Notes: generated by a model not told the origin, from the sequence alone. A DNA stretch of 55,331 bases from Myxococcota bacterium (GCA_041288095.1 JBGGMJ010000160.1:1-55331); one strand, 5' to 3'. Positions 1-10,010 are shown, numbered from the stretch's first letter. Numbers and translations are program-made.

Positions 1-67
1 TCGCCGCACGAGGCTTATTGGACAGCCCCAGCGGTCCCGCCGAAGGCGCGCGCGAATCGGCCCCCGG

Positions 68-102
68 CCATCGGCCATCGGCTATCGGCTATCGGCTATC
101 GG
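68..102 (+). repeat. Heptamer tandem repeat (CCATCGG)2(CTATCGG)3
   Basis: Five consecutive 7-bp units read directly, just beyond the 3' end of the minus-strand GNAT gene. Confidence 0.9.
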
Positions 103-122
103 AAAAATGGTTACTGTCCCCA

Positions 123-599
123 TCAATCCTCGTCTTCACTCTCCAACGCCGCCCGCATCACCACCACATGCTTCTCAAACCCCGCTCTCTCATACGTCGT
201 GATCGCCGACGTATTCGCCACATAAGCCTCGAGCCGCACCTCCGTGATCCCCTGCTTGCGGATCCACACCTTCAACGCCGACAAAATCTCCGCGCTGTAC
301 CGCTTCCCCCGATGCTCGGGCTTCACATAGACGAACCCCAAGTACGCATGCCGCGTGTGCCGCTGAAAACCGGCGGAGGATTCGACGCGGGCGAAGCCGC
401 AAGCGATCACCTCGCCGTCGAGCTCGGCGACCAGCAGCTCAGCGGTGGCTGAATCGATGAGAGCGGGGATGTCGTAATAGCGGACGGCTCCTTGGCGCAG
501 CGTGACGTCGAACGGCCGCTCCGCGGTGATGACGCCTTGTTCGAACTGCAGCAGGATCGGCAGATCAGCGTGGACGGCTTGGCGCAGGGATAGGCTCAC
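123..599 (-). CDS. GNAT-family N-acetyltransferase
   Basis: LLVAELDGEVIACG, motif A YLGFVYVKPEHRGKRY, motif B NTSAITTYERAGF. Start placed at the in-frame GTG at 599 (ORF track begins at TTG 635). Confidence 0.88.
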   Translation of the reverse strand: MSLSLRQAVHADLPILLQFEQGVITAERPFDVTLRQGAVRYYDIPALIDSATAELLVAELDGEVIACGFARVESSAGFQRHTRHAYLGFVYVKPEHRGKRYSAEILSALKVWIRKQGITEVRLEAYVANTSAITTYERAGFEKHVVVMRAALESEDED

Positions 600-654
600 C
601 CCGCGATGCTCTGATTTCGCGCACCGATTCGTCAATCAAAATTGACGTGGTGCG

Positions 655-984
655 TTATCCGCGAGGGCGCCGCCGTGGCGCTGCCGCGACCGTAGCGAGC
701 TGCGCGGCCAGAGCGGTAGACTTTCGCGCCTGCGCCGGCTCCTGCTTGGCTTCTCCGGTCACCTGCGGCAGCAGCCGCTCGCGCTCGGCGCGGTAGAGCT
801 GGTCTTCGACCTCTTCGATGACGCGCTTCCAGCGGAGCGAGGCGACCTTGAAGGCTTCGTGCTCGGCGACCCAACGCTCGAGCGTGCCGCGCGGAATGTC
901 GAGGGCGCCGCTTGCATCACTCGGCTGCCACCCTAACGTTTGCTGGCCTTCGAAGTCGAGGCCGAGCTCTACGCGCACCTTCAT
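655..984 (-). CDS. Hypothetical protein (109 aa, helical/coiled-coil C-terminal half)
   Basis: Protein-like composition from MKVRVELGL; TGcTAAACG lies 7 nt before ATG 984. Confidence 0.65.
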   Translation of the reverse strand: MKVRVELGLDFEGQQTLGWQPSDASGALDIPRGTLERWVAEHEAFKVASLRWKRVIEEVEDQLYRAERERLLPQVTGEAKQEPAQARKSTALAAQLATVAAAPRRRPRG

Positions 985-1083
985 GGCCCACCGTTTAGCA
1001 CGAAGGTCCGACACGCAGACGCGCAAGCACCCGTGCGCGAAGAACGTTTCGGCGGACACGCGATCAAACCCGATCAAAAGCGA

Positions 1084-4000
1084 TCAGTTGTGATCGCGCG
1101 TGAACGGATTCCACTGCTCGGCGGCACGAGCGCGACGGCGGCGCTCTTCGGCCTGGGCGGCGGCCCGCTCGCGGCGGGCGCGATCGCCTTCGCCCGGCGG
1201 CATCGGCAGCGGCGCCGGCAAGCTCGGTACGACCTCATCTGTGACCGGCCGGGGGCGTTCGGTCGCGGGGCGCGGCCGCGGCGCGTTCCAGCGTCGTCGG
1301 ATCGCATCGCTAGTGTCGCGCGCGCTGCGCAATGCGTCGTCGGGGCTCATGACGCCGTCGAAGGTGAGGGTGCCGTTGGTGAGCACCGCGTGAGCGCGCG
1401 CCGAGATCTCGCTGGGAGCGTCGGCGCTACGGACGACCGCGCTGATCGGCCGGCCGTCGCTGCGCATGCTGAAGTCGATGCTGCCGTTGAACCGACCAGC
1501 GCCGCGCACGTAGCTCGCGGCCTGTTGATCGTTCGCCGCCGGCGCCTCGCGCTCGGGCAAGCTGAACGCGCCCTCGAGGCGCCCCGCCATGCGTGCGTCC
1601 AGTCGTTGGTCGCGACCCTGCTGCGTGAAGCCCATGGAGCCCAGGAAGATCTGCAACCGCGAACGGCGCGTGACCGGTTGCTGAGGGTTGCTCCGGTCGA
1701 TCCAGGTGGGCTCGATGCGCAGATTCGCGGCCTGGGTGCCTTCGGGACCGGCGACGACCGTACCGACGACCTCGCCCTGGGTGGCGTCGGTCTCGAGGTA
1801 CCAATCGTGGAGCATCACCTGCTTGCGGTTCGGACCGATGTGCAGCGCCTCGAGCGTGCCGGTCGACATGGCGTTGCGGATCTGGACGCGCATGCGGGGC
1901 GAAGGGAAGACGAAGGTCGCGCTGTCGACCTCGACACCGACCGTGGCGCGTTGCTCGCGCGGCATGACCAAGCTGATGCCGGCCTCGGGGCTCAGGCTCA
2001 GGGTCGCCGCCGGCGCGCGCAGATCGATGCGGCGCAAGCGCGCTGAAACGCCCGACGCCGTCGGGTCGTTGGTCTCGGGTGGAATATCGAAATTGGTGGC
2101 GGTGCCGACGACGTTGCTGAGGCGCAGATCACCGGTGCGCACCTGGCCGTTCGCCTCGAGCCGCGGCGAGCCATTGGTGAGGCGGGAGCTGCGCACCCAG
2201 AGCTGTGACCCGTTGTACATCAGGTTGCCGCTGAAGTTGCCGTAGACGCCTTCGGTGGTGACGGAGCCGTCCTGCGAGACGCTGATACGCTCTGCTCCGC
2301 CATCGCGGATGGTGAACGTCTGCCGGTCGGCTTGCTGGAAGGTGAGGGCCGGGGCGCGCACGTCGGTGAGGTCCAGCACCGTCGACGTCGGGTTGCGCGG
2401 GTCTCCGGTCTGCACCAGTCGGATACGAGCACTCACGCCCGCGAGGCTCATGCTCGCGCCGTCGGCGGCACGCACCGTGGAGTCGCCGAAGGTCACCTGC
2501 GCGGTGACCTCGGTACGGCCATCGGCGCGCACGACGCGCACGTCATCGGCCGCGGCGATAGCCAATCGATTGCTGCCCATCTGGATAGTCTGGCCCGGGT
2601 TGATCTGGGCGCGCGCCCGCAGCTCGGTGCTGGCGATGATCTCTCGAACGAAGCGGCGATCCTGCTCAGGGACGCGCTCCAAGGCGCGCTCGATGATGTC
2701 GGCGCGGGTGTCGATGCGCACGTTCAAGTGGCGGGCGGCGCGGGCGGCGAGCTCTTGAACCGTCGTCGGCAGCTCGCTCGAGCCGGTCGCCATCTGCATG
2801 ACCCGGCCGGTGAGGAAGCCGTTGAGGGCGCTCTCCTGGCCGAGCCAGCCGCTCGCCACGTGGATACCGTTGAGGAAAGACGCGTCGCCGAGGGTGGCGC
2901 GGGTGACGCGCGGACGGAATGTGATCTGGTCGGGGTTCGACGCCGACGGCACCACGTCGAGGGCCGAGACCTCCATGACGCTCTCGAAGGGCGTGTTGTA
3001 CCAGCGGCCATTGCTGCTCGGGTTGAACGTAATCCGCAATGGCGGATTGAAGGTGATGCCAGAGGGTTTCGGTGTACCGTCCTCGTTGGTCTCGAGCTGT
3101 GGCGTCACGCGCCCGCCGTCGCTCTCGAGCGCCAGGCGGATGGTGCCTTGCTGGATGGTGAGCTCTTTGGCGCCGCTGTCGGCGATGAGCCCGTCGGTCA
3201 AGCGGATGGTATGCGAGCGCGGCACGTTCAGGGTGAGATCGACGTCCAGCTCGCGCAGGCCTTGAGTCACCATGGTGGCGACGTCGAGGCTGCGTGTCAC
3301 GCTGTCGAGCGAGTCGCGTGGCGACGCCGCGGCGCCGGGGACGAGCTCGGGGATGGGCAGGATCTCGAGCGACCGGCGCAACGACTCGTGGCGCGCGCGA
3401 GCGTTGGCGACGTCGGTGTACATCGGCAGACCGCTATTGCGGGCACCGTCGGTGTTGTAGAGCGTGTCGATGGTGAGGCGGTCGAAGTTGACGCTGCCCT
3501 CGGTGGTCTGGCCGTCGCGCGTCGAGAACGCACCATCGCGCGTCACGGTGAACGGCACCGCGATGTTGATGTCACCCACGCCCCGGACGTGAATGCCGGC
3601 CTCGGCGCGGTGGCCGTCGAAACCAGGCACTCCCGATGGTAGGAACGAGAAACCGGCAGGCTGCTCGCCCGAGCCCGGCCGTGGGGCCGCGACGCGCAGA
3701 TTCACGGTGCCGCGCACCTCCGGCGAAGCATCACCCGCGCGGTACGTGATGGTCGCCTGGCCGCGACCGCTGGCATTCGTCAGCGTGGCTTGCTCGGTCG
3801 TCGGCAAGCGCACCGTGGCGCTGGCGAGGGTTGCATCGAACTCGGCGCGCATGTCGATGGCGCTGGTCGCCCAGTCGAGGCTGCGCACTTGGGCCCGCAA
3901 TAGCGAACCGTTGGCGACGTCCGTACGAATGCCGATTTCGCCCAAGCTGCGATTCACGTGCGTGCCGAAGAGCCGCACATCGGCGCGCACACCGTGGCGT

Positions 4001-5637
4001 GACTCGAGCTTGAAGTTGGTCCCCGCCGTCCCGCCCATCGTGTAGGTCAGACGCCCGCTGCCGACGAGCGACGTGCCGCTCTGGACGCCGAAGCCGAAGC
4101 CCTCGCCGCTCGCGAGCTGGACGCCTCGGGGCGCCGTCAGGCCGAGATTCAGGCCTTCGGTGTCCGCTTCGACCCGCATCTGCTCCACCCGCACCGGGTG
4201 CGCCGCGTCCGTGGTGAGGTCGATGCGCGCCGCGATGCGCAAGTTGTCGCGACGGTCGCGCGGGTTGCCGAGGCTCAGCACGCCTTGGCGACCCTGCCCA
4301 TCGCGGAGGTGGAGTGAGCCGTTGACTCCGTCGAGCTGGGTATCGAAACCGACGGTAAGCTTGCCATTCGCGAGGGCGATGATGGGATTGCCGCCGTTGG
4401 TGAGGCTGACGTTGCCGAGATTGAGCTCGTTGGTCAGCTCTTCACCCGGGCGGGCGCCGGCCACCGGGGTGCGCAGGCGGACGTTCTCGATGACGCCCGT
4501 GCCGTTCTGCTGCTGGGCGTTGGCGACGGTCACCACCCAGCGACGGCGGCCGTTCTCTTCGCGCTCTTGGAGGACGACACGGAGGCTGGCGCGGCCGATC
4601 TCCAAGTTGGGGCCATTGGCGACGCCGAAGCGGGCGCCGCTGACATTGGCGTCGATCTCGTAGCGGTCGAAGCCGTTTTCGCGGACATAGGTAGCCCGCG
4701 AGCCGGGCGCGAACGCGAGCTGCAGGCCTTCGCCAAAGTTGACGAGCTGGCCGTTGCGCGACGGCGCGAGGTCTACCGTGGCGCGGACGGGCGAGCGTTG
4801 CTCGTCGATGACGCGGCGAAGCTCCGCGAGCTCACGGCTCGGCGGCCGTTGCTCGCGCGCTGGACCGATGAGTGAGATCTCCTCGCGCATGCCGAGCGAT
4901 TGGAAGAACATGTGCGGATCGACCGGTACTCGGCGCTGGCCGGAGAAGATGGCGCTCGTCTGATTGCTCATGCCGAAGACGTCGGCGAAGAAGCGGGTAA
5001 AGGCGTTACGGAGGCGCGGCACGACGCGCCGGTCGTTGGTGAGGTCGACGCCGCTGATGTCCGCCGGACCGTTGAGGTAGCTCGGGCGGCCATCGCGGTC
5101 GAGGACGTCCACACGCGCTTGGGTAAGTACGCCATCGCGGACGGAGACGGAGATCGGCAACTGCGTGCCCGGCGCCACCGTCACGGAGCTGACGCGGCCG
5201 CCGTCAGTCGACACCAGGTTCGCCTGGGCATCGGCGCTTCGCACCGAGGCGAGGATCGAGCCGGGGTTCGCGCGCACGATGGGATCGCGGGCGAGCGGCG
5301 AGAGGTCGATGGTGGGCTGAATGGGGGCGTTGAGTGGCACGGCCGATGGCCGGTCACGAGGCGCGGGCTCCGGGATCGGCGGGGCGTAGCGCACTCCGCC
5401 ATCGCGGACGGCAGGGGTCGGCGCGACGGCGGAGCGGACGCGGGGCTCGGCGCCTCGGCGGCGCGCCGCGCTGGCGTCGGTCACGGGCCGCGGAACGACT
5501 TGGTCCTGGGCGCTCGCCGGTTGATCATCGCCTGACGCGGGTTGCGGACCTTGCGAGCGGACGCCGGCGCGCGGCTCATCCTTGGGGGGCACATAAAGAC
5601 CCCGCAGGATTGGCGCCGCTGTCATGTCGTCCGACAT
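1084..5637 (-). CDS. Giant beta-strand-rich hypothetical protein A (1517 aa), Pro/Arg-rich disordered termini
   Basis: Uninterrupted 4.5-kb ORF with alternating hydrophobic beta patterns and DG/NG turns. No signal peptide or TM helix seen. Segments match the neighbouring 1403-aa ORF. Confidence 0.9.
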   Translation of the reverse strand: MSDDMTAAPILRGLYVPPKDEPRAGVRSQGPQPASGDDQPASAQDQVVPRPVTDASAARRRGAEPRVRSAVAPTPAVRDGGVRYAPPIPEPAPRDRPSAVPLNAPIQPTIDLSPLARDPIVRANPGSILASVRSADAQANLVSTDGGRVSSVTVAPGTQLPISVSVRDGVLTQARVDVLDRDGRPSYLNGPADISGVDLTNDRRVVPRLRNAFTRFFADVFGMSNQTSAIFSGQRRVPVDPHMFFQSLGMREEISLIGPAREQRPPSRELAELRRVIDEQRSPVRATVDLAPSRNGQLVNFGEGLQLAFAPGSRATYVRENGFDRYEIDANVSGARFGVANGPNLEIGRASLRVVLQEREENGRRRWVVTVANAQQQNGTGVIENVRLRTPVAGARPGEELTNELNLGNVSLTNGGNPIIALANGKLTVGFDTQLDGVNGSLHLRDGQGRQGVLSLGNPRDRRDNLRIAARIDLTTDAAHPVRVEQMRVEADTEGLNLGLTAPRGVQLASGEGFGFGVQSGTSLVGSGRLTYTMGGTAGTNFKLESRHGVRADVRLFGTHVNRSLGEIGIRTDVANGSLLRAQVRSLDWATSAIDMRAEFDATLASATVRLPTTEQATLTNASGRGQATITYRAGDASPEVRGTVNLRVAAPRPGSGEQPAGFSFLPSGVPGFDGHRAEAGIHVRGVGDINIAVPFTVTRDGAFSTRDGQTTEGSVNFDRLTIDTLYNTDGARNSGLPMYTDVANARARHESLRRSLEILPIPELVPGAAASPRDSLDSVTRSLDVATMVTQGLRELDVDLTLNVPRSHTIRLTDGLIADSGAKELTIQQGTIRLALESDGGRVTPQLETNEDGTPKPSGITFNPPLRITFNPSSNGRWYNTPFESVMEVSALDVVPSASNPDQITFRPRVTRATLGDASFLNGIHVASGWLGQESALNGFLTGRVMQMATGSSELPTTVQELAARAARHLNVRIDTRADIIERALERVPEQDRRFVREIIASTELRARAQINPGQTIQMGSNRLAIAAADDVRVVRADGRTEVTAQVTFGDSTVRAADGASMSLAGVSARIRLVQTGDPRNPTSTVLDLTDVRAPALTFQQADRQTFTIRDGGAERISVSQDGSVTTEGVYGNFSGNLMYNGSQLWVRSSRLTNGSPRLEANGQVRTGDLRLSNVVGTATNFDIPPETNDPTASGVSARLRRIDLRAPAATLSLSPEAGISLVMPREQRATVGVEVDSATFVFPSPRMRVQIRNAMSTGTLEALHIGPNRKQVMLHDWYLETDATQGEVVGTVVAGPEGTQAANLRIEPTWIDRSNPQQPVTRRSRLQIFLGSMGFTQQGRDQRLDARMAGRLEGAFSLPEREAPAANDQQAASYVRGAGRFNGSIDFSMRSDGRPISAVVRSADAPSEISARAHAVLTNGTLTFDGVMSPDDALRSARDTSDAIRRRWNAPRPRPATERPRPVTDEVVPSLPAPLPMPPGEGDRARRERAAAQAEERRRRARAAEQWNPFTRDHN

Positions 5638-5690
5638 CTGCCCCCGGTCCGCCTAACCCCGAAAAAAGAGAACACTTCGGGATTATTGAA

Positions 5691-5718
5691 GTATCGGTCA
5701 CTCGGGCGATTGGGTTGC
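5691..5718 (-). promoter_or_regulatory. Putative alternative-sigma promoter GCAAC-N17-CGATAC upstream of giant protein A
   Basis: Minus strand reads GCAAC ccaatcgcccgagtgac CGATAC; the same arrangement occurs at 25933-25959. Confidence 0.4.
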
Positions 5719-5798
5719 TGCTTTGGCCCAACGAAATTGCCACCTTGGCAGGCCGTTGGCGGCCCGCTCCTGAGCGCTCGCCCGGTACGACCGACCAG

Positions 5799-8700
5799 CT
5801 AGCGCGGGGTGCCGTTTTCGCGAATGAAATCGCGGAACTGCTGCATGCGGCGCTCTAGGTCGTGCTGGCTCATGCGGAGCGTGCCGCCGGCCACGGCCGC
5901 GATCTCCGCGTCCTCCACCTGCAGGTCGCCGGCCGCCACGGAGCGGGTGCGGTCGGCGAAGATACCGAACGAATAACGCATCCGGCCACGAATGACGACG
6001 TTGCCGTGCCCTCCCTCGTCGGCGACGCGCGCCGCCATGACCGTGTTCGGCAGGTCGATGCCGGAGAAGATCACGTGGGTCCTGTTGTCCTGCGGCGCAC
6101 GCCGGCTGTTGACCACGTGGAGGATCGGCGCGACGAACTCGCCCTGCGGGGCCTCGAAGTCGAGGCGGCTCGGACCCAACCTCACGGAGCCGCGGATCAT
6201 GCGCTCCCGTGTCGTCGGACCAGGCTCGGTGATCGAACGGAGATTGCGAATCTGTAGCTCGAGGTGCTCACGCGCCTCGTCGTTGCCGACGTAGAAGGAC
6301 AAGCGCCTGATGTCCGCGGTGGCGAGCGAGCCCTCCGGGATCTGCATTTCGACGTCCGTCGGCTTCGGCGATACGATGCGTCCGCTGTAGCGGATGCGGG
6401 CTAGGTTCGGCTCCTCGCCGTTCGCGACGACGCTTACTTGGTCGTCGCCGAAGGCGATGTCGGTGCCGCGCGCGAGGAAGGTTAGCTCCTGGATGCGCGC
6501 TTCGCCTCGACCCTGACCCGCACCGGGCGCGGGCGTGAGCTCGAGATTGCGAACCGTGAGTGGTCCGCTAACCCGGAGATTGCCGGCGAACGTCGTCGTC
6601 GTCACTCCGGGTGCGAGCACGTCTTGCCGTTCGCCTCCGGACATACGGCGAGCCATCTCCGAGAACATGGCGAGGCGGTGGTTCGGCTGCTGGACAGTCG
6701 TGAGGCGCACGTCTCCGGAAACCTCGGACGGGCCGAGTACGAAGCTCGTCGCCTGGCGCGGATGCCATGGGCCTTGTTGGCCGATGCGTAGATCGCGGGC
6801 ACGGAAGCCTTCGAAGTTGAAGTCCTGAGTGACGACGCGGTCGTCTCCGATCGTCGTGTTGACCGTGAAGCGCCGTGCCGAGCCGCTGCTCAGTTGGAAG
6901 CGGCGGTCATCGGTGGCGATGCTCGTCGGCCCGAGTGCGAGGTCACCGCCCGCGGGATTTTCGCCGACGAGGCTCACGCGGCCGCTGTTCGCCGGCTTGT
7001 CGATGGTGAGGCGCATGCCGCTCGCCAGCGTGACCAAGTTGCTGCCGAAAGGAACACGCGTGCCCGAGGGGATGGTCACCTGCGCGTCGCGGATCTCGGC
7101 GGCGTGCATGGCGCGACGGATGAGCGCCGCGACCGGGGTGTTGCCGAGGGCCATGTCGACTCGGCTCGCCGGGTTGGTGTCCGCGTCGAGCTGCATGCCG
7201 GACATGCTGACGATGTTGGCGAGGACCTGGGGCACGACGTTGGCGCGCGCCGGCCCGCTGGGGACCGCCGGCCCAAGCAACGGAGCAAGCTGACTTTGGA
7301 CCGTCGGCCAGATGTCGATGTTGAGCGGCGACCAGCTGTTGTTTACGACCGGCCGCTCGCGGCTTTGGCCACTTGCGTCGGTGAAGCGCTCGAACGGCTC
7401 GGCGCGCAAGCGGCCGTCGGTGCCGGGCACGAAGCGAATGCCGTGAAAGGTGGTCGAGCCACTCATGGCGCCCATGAAGGCGCTGCTGTTGACGGTGATG
7501 GGGTTCGAGAAGCTCAGCTCGACGCCGTGCGCCGGCTCATCTCCTCGGCGCAGCGTCGTGACGTTCAGCGTGGTGTTCGCCGGAATGACGAGTCGCGCTC
7601 CGCCGACTCTCTGACCTGCCGGCGTGATATCCAGATCCTGGGCGTCGGGCCCGAGCGGCACGCGCACGTCGAAGCGCGCGTCCTGGGCGCTACCGATGAC
7701 CTGGCCGAGATTGATTTGGCGCAGCGTTTCGTCGAGCGAGCGGGGCGTCGCGTTGAGGTCGACGCCGGCCCCGCGCAGAGCGGTATCGAGCCGAGCGTTG
7801 CGCTCCGCGAGCTCGCGCGCCTGGTCGGGATTTTCGGCTGCCCGCTCCGCCGCCTCACGCAGGATCTGCGGCTGATTGCGCAGGCCGCGGTCGACGCCGG
7901 CGATCGGTGTGAGGTCGCCAGAGTCCTCGTGTGAGGCCGAGAACACGACGCCGCGCGAGCACATCGCGGCCCAACGGCCCTGCGTCACCGCGTCGAGGCT
8001 GCCGTTCGGGGCAAGCGCGGCGCGACACCCGGCGAGCATCGCGGTGTAGTCCTGCACGTTCTCGTACAGCGGTGGCGCTTCGGGAGTGCTCAGCGTCCCG
8101 TCTTGCTTGAGCGCGCCACGCACCGGAATCGACACGACCGTCTGCGGGCGACCGCTCGCGGGCAAGCGCGGATCGCGACGAATGGCGACGTTGAGCGCGC
8201 CGGGATTGTTCTCGTCCGATGTCAGCGGCATGCCGAGCGTGCCCTCGGCGATGGCGCCACGAACATGGCCGTCGACCGTCGTCTCCGTCCCAGTGCGGTT
8301 GAACGTGAGATTCACGTCGAGGTTCGGGTGGCGCGCCTCGAACGAGTAACCTTGGCGCGGCTGACCGGTGCGCGGATCGATCGGCGTCACCTGACGCATC
8401 GAGAGATGCGCATCGTCGGGCCGGCCGGGACGCGGTGTGCCGGTCGCGGTCGCGCGCAAGGTGTAGCTGAAGTCCCCGTCGGACGCGAAGGCGCGGACCT
8501 GCAGCGTGCCGCCGGCGTTGACGTGCATGTTCGCGACGGCGCTGCCGACGAGCTGATTGACGCCGTGCACTTGCGCGTTCGTGGTCAAGGTCAATGGATC
8601 GTCGCCGGTCGAAGCCAAAGCCCAGCGGCCCACGCGGGGCGTTCCGTCATTGCGGATAGCGCCTTCGTAGGTGATGCGGCCACTGCCCGACAGACGGGTG

Positions 8701-10010
8701 CCGTCACGCAAGGTCGCGTGCAAGCCGTCACGCACCTGCATGGTGAAGCCGTCACCAGTCGCGAGTCGCAGGTCGAGGCCGTTGGTGTCGGCTTCGAAGC
8801 GCACGCGTGTGCGGTCGCCTCGCTCGCGCGGCTCGCCATCCCGGAACGGCCGCACGTCGAGGTTGATGTTGCGCACGCCGGCGTTGGCATCGGAATCGGA
8901 GACGCGTAGGCGAGCGCGCTCACCAGCGCCGTTCACGACGCTCAGGTCGGTCGAAAGGCCGGTGACCTGAGCGTTCGCCAAGCTCGCGCGCGCCAAGCGG
9001 CCGTTGTTGATCTCGATGCTCGAGCCACGCGGCAGCACGAGGCGGCGCGCCCCGACGGTGTCGACCTGGCCGCGGCCGACGGGCACCGCGATGCGGGCGT
9101 TCTGTACGTCCATCTCGCGCACCGTCATCGTGACCTGGCCATTGGCGGCGCGCGTGCCTTCAATCTGGATGCGGCCGCGGCCCATGCGCACACCGTCTTG
9201 CGGAGCCCCGAGCACCGCGGACGCGACGTCGGCCGACAGGGTGAAGCGCGCCGAGCCACGCTCGCCCGGCGTGACCGTGAGGCTCGGCGGCCGCGCGCCG
9301 GGCGCCGGCTGCAGCTGGATGCCGGGCCCGAGGAAGTTGCTGATGTTGACGGTGGCGTTGACGGTGCCGTTGCCGGTCTGGGCGCCGCGGATGTCGTAGT
9401 CACCGATGAGCGACGACACCCAGCCGAGGTTCGCCGAGACCGGGCGGTTGTTGACGAGCCGCACGCCTTCGATGGGCACGAGCCCGCCGGCGGCCGAAAG
9501 TCCGCTAATGCGGACGGTGCCGGTGATGCCGGTGCGCGAGTCGATGCCGACCGTGCCCCCGAGGCGGGCGGGCTGGTTGCCGGCGAGGCTGACGCGGGGG
9601 TCGGGTGAGGAGCGCAACACGCCAGAGACGTCGGCGGTACCACGCAGGTGAGGCATGAGGTTCGCGCCGGCTATGGGCAGGCGGGCGTCGAAGCGCGCGG
9701 CTTGGGGTCGTGCCGCCGCCGGATCGGGGGTGGTCGCGCGCCGCACCGGCGGCGTTGGTCCACTTTGGCGGACAGGGCGACCCGGTCCCGTGGCGCGCTC
9801 GGTCGTTGCGCGGCGCGCGGTAGGTTGCGCTCGCGGATCGACGCGCAGGTCGCGGTTGCGCTCGCGCTCCGCCTGCCGTGCTCGTTCGCGGCTTCGGTCG
9901 GCGTTCGATCGCCGCGCCGGACGGGCCACGGGCGCCGGCTCGGTGAACGAGCGGAAGAACCTCGCGATCGGGTCCGAGTCGTCTCCGCGGGTTGGGCGTC
10001 TCGTCGACAT
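5799..10010 (-). CDS. Giant beta-strand-rich hypothetical protein B (1403 aa), paralogue of protein A
   Basis: Uninterrupted 4.2-kb ORF with an Arg/Pro-rich N-terminus. RFEADTNGLDL...GTRLSGSGRITY matches RVEADTEGLNL...GTSLVGSGRLTY in protein A. Confidence 0.9.
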   Translation of the reverse strand: MSTRRPTRGDDSDPIARFFRSFTEPAPVARPARRSNADRSRERARQAERERNRDLRVDPRAQPTARRATTERATGPGRPVRQSGPTPPVRRATTPDPAAARPQAARFDARLPIAGANLMPHLRGTADVSGVLRSSPDPRVSLAGNQPARLGGTVGIDSRTGITGTVRISGLSAAGGLVPIEGVRLVNNRPVSANLGWVSSLIGDYDIRGAQTGNGTVNATVNISNFLGPGIQLQPAPGARPPSLTVTPGERGSARFTLSADVASAVLGAPQDGVRMGRGRIQIEGTRAANGQVTMTVREMDVQNARIAVPVGRGQVDTVGARRLVLPRGSSIEINNGRLARASLANAQVTGLSTDLSVVNGAGERARLRVSDSDANAGVRNINLDVRPFRDGEPRERGDRTRVRFEADTNGLDLRLATGDGFTMQVRDGLHATLRDGTRLSGSGRITYEGAIRNDGTPRVGRWALASTGDDPLTLTTNAQVHGVNQLVGSAVANMHVNAGGTLQVRAFASDGDFSYTLRATATGTPRPGRPDDAHLSMRQVTPIDPRTGQPRQGYSFEARHPNLDVNLTFNRTGTETTVDGHVRGAIAEGTLGMPLTSDENNPGALNVAIRRDPRLPASGRPQTVVSIPVRGALKQDGTLSTPEAPPLYENVQDYTAMLAGCRAALAPNGSLDAVTQGRWAAMCSRGVVFSASHEDSGDLTPIAGVDRGLRNQPQILREAAERAAENPDQARELAERNARLDTALRGAGVDLNATPRSLDETLRQINLGQVIGSAQDARFDVRVPLGPDAQDLDITPAGQRVGGARLVIPANTTLNVTTLRRGDEPAHGVELSFSNPITVNSSAFMGAMSGSTTFHGIRFVPGTDGRLRAEPFERFTDASGQSRERPVVNNSWSPLNIDIWPTVQSQLAPLLGPAVPSGPARANVVPQVLANIVSMSGMQLDADTNPASRVDMALGNTPVAALIRRAMHAAEIRDAQVTIPSGTRVPFGSNLVTLASGMRLTIDKPANSGRVSLVGENPAGGDLALGPTSIATDDRRFQLSSGSARRFTVNTTIGDDRVVTQDFNFEGFRARDLRIGQQGPWHPRQATSFVLGPSEVSGDVRLTTVQQPNHRLAMFSEMARRMSGGERQDVLAPGVTTTTFAGNLRVSGPLTVRNLELTPAPGAGQGRGEARIQELTFLARGTDIAFGDDQVSVVANGEEPNLARIRYSGRIVSPKPTDVEMQIPEGSLATADIRRLSFYVGNDEAREHLELQIRNLRSITEPGPTTRERMIRGSVRLGPSRLDFEAPQGEFVAPILHVVNSRRAPQDNRTHVIFSGIDLPNTVMAARVADEGGHGNVVIRGRMRYSFGIFADRTRSVAAGDLQVEDAEIAAVAGGTLRMSQHDLERRMQQFRDFIRENGTPR

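Noticed and set aside
18..452. 144-aa plus-strand ORF at the window start
   Set aside because: Mostly antisense to the GNAT gene and runs through the heptamer repeat; no motif.
1084..10010. Giant ORFs as Rhs/YD, RTX, haemagglutinin or autotransporter proteins
   Set aside because: No YD repeats, GGxGxD nonapeptides, TPS domain, signal peptide or C-terminal barrel signature is visible.
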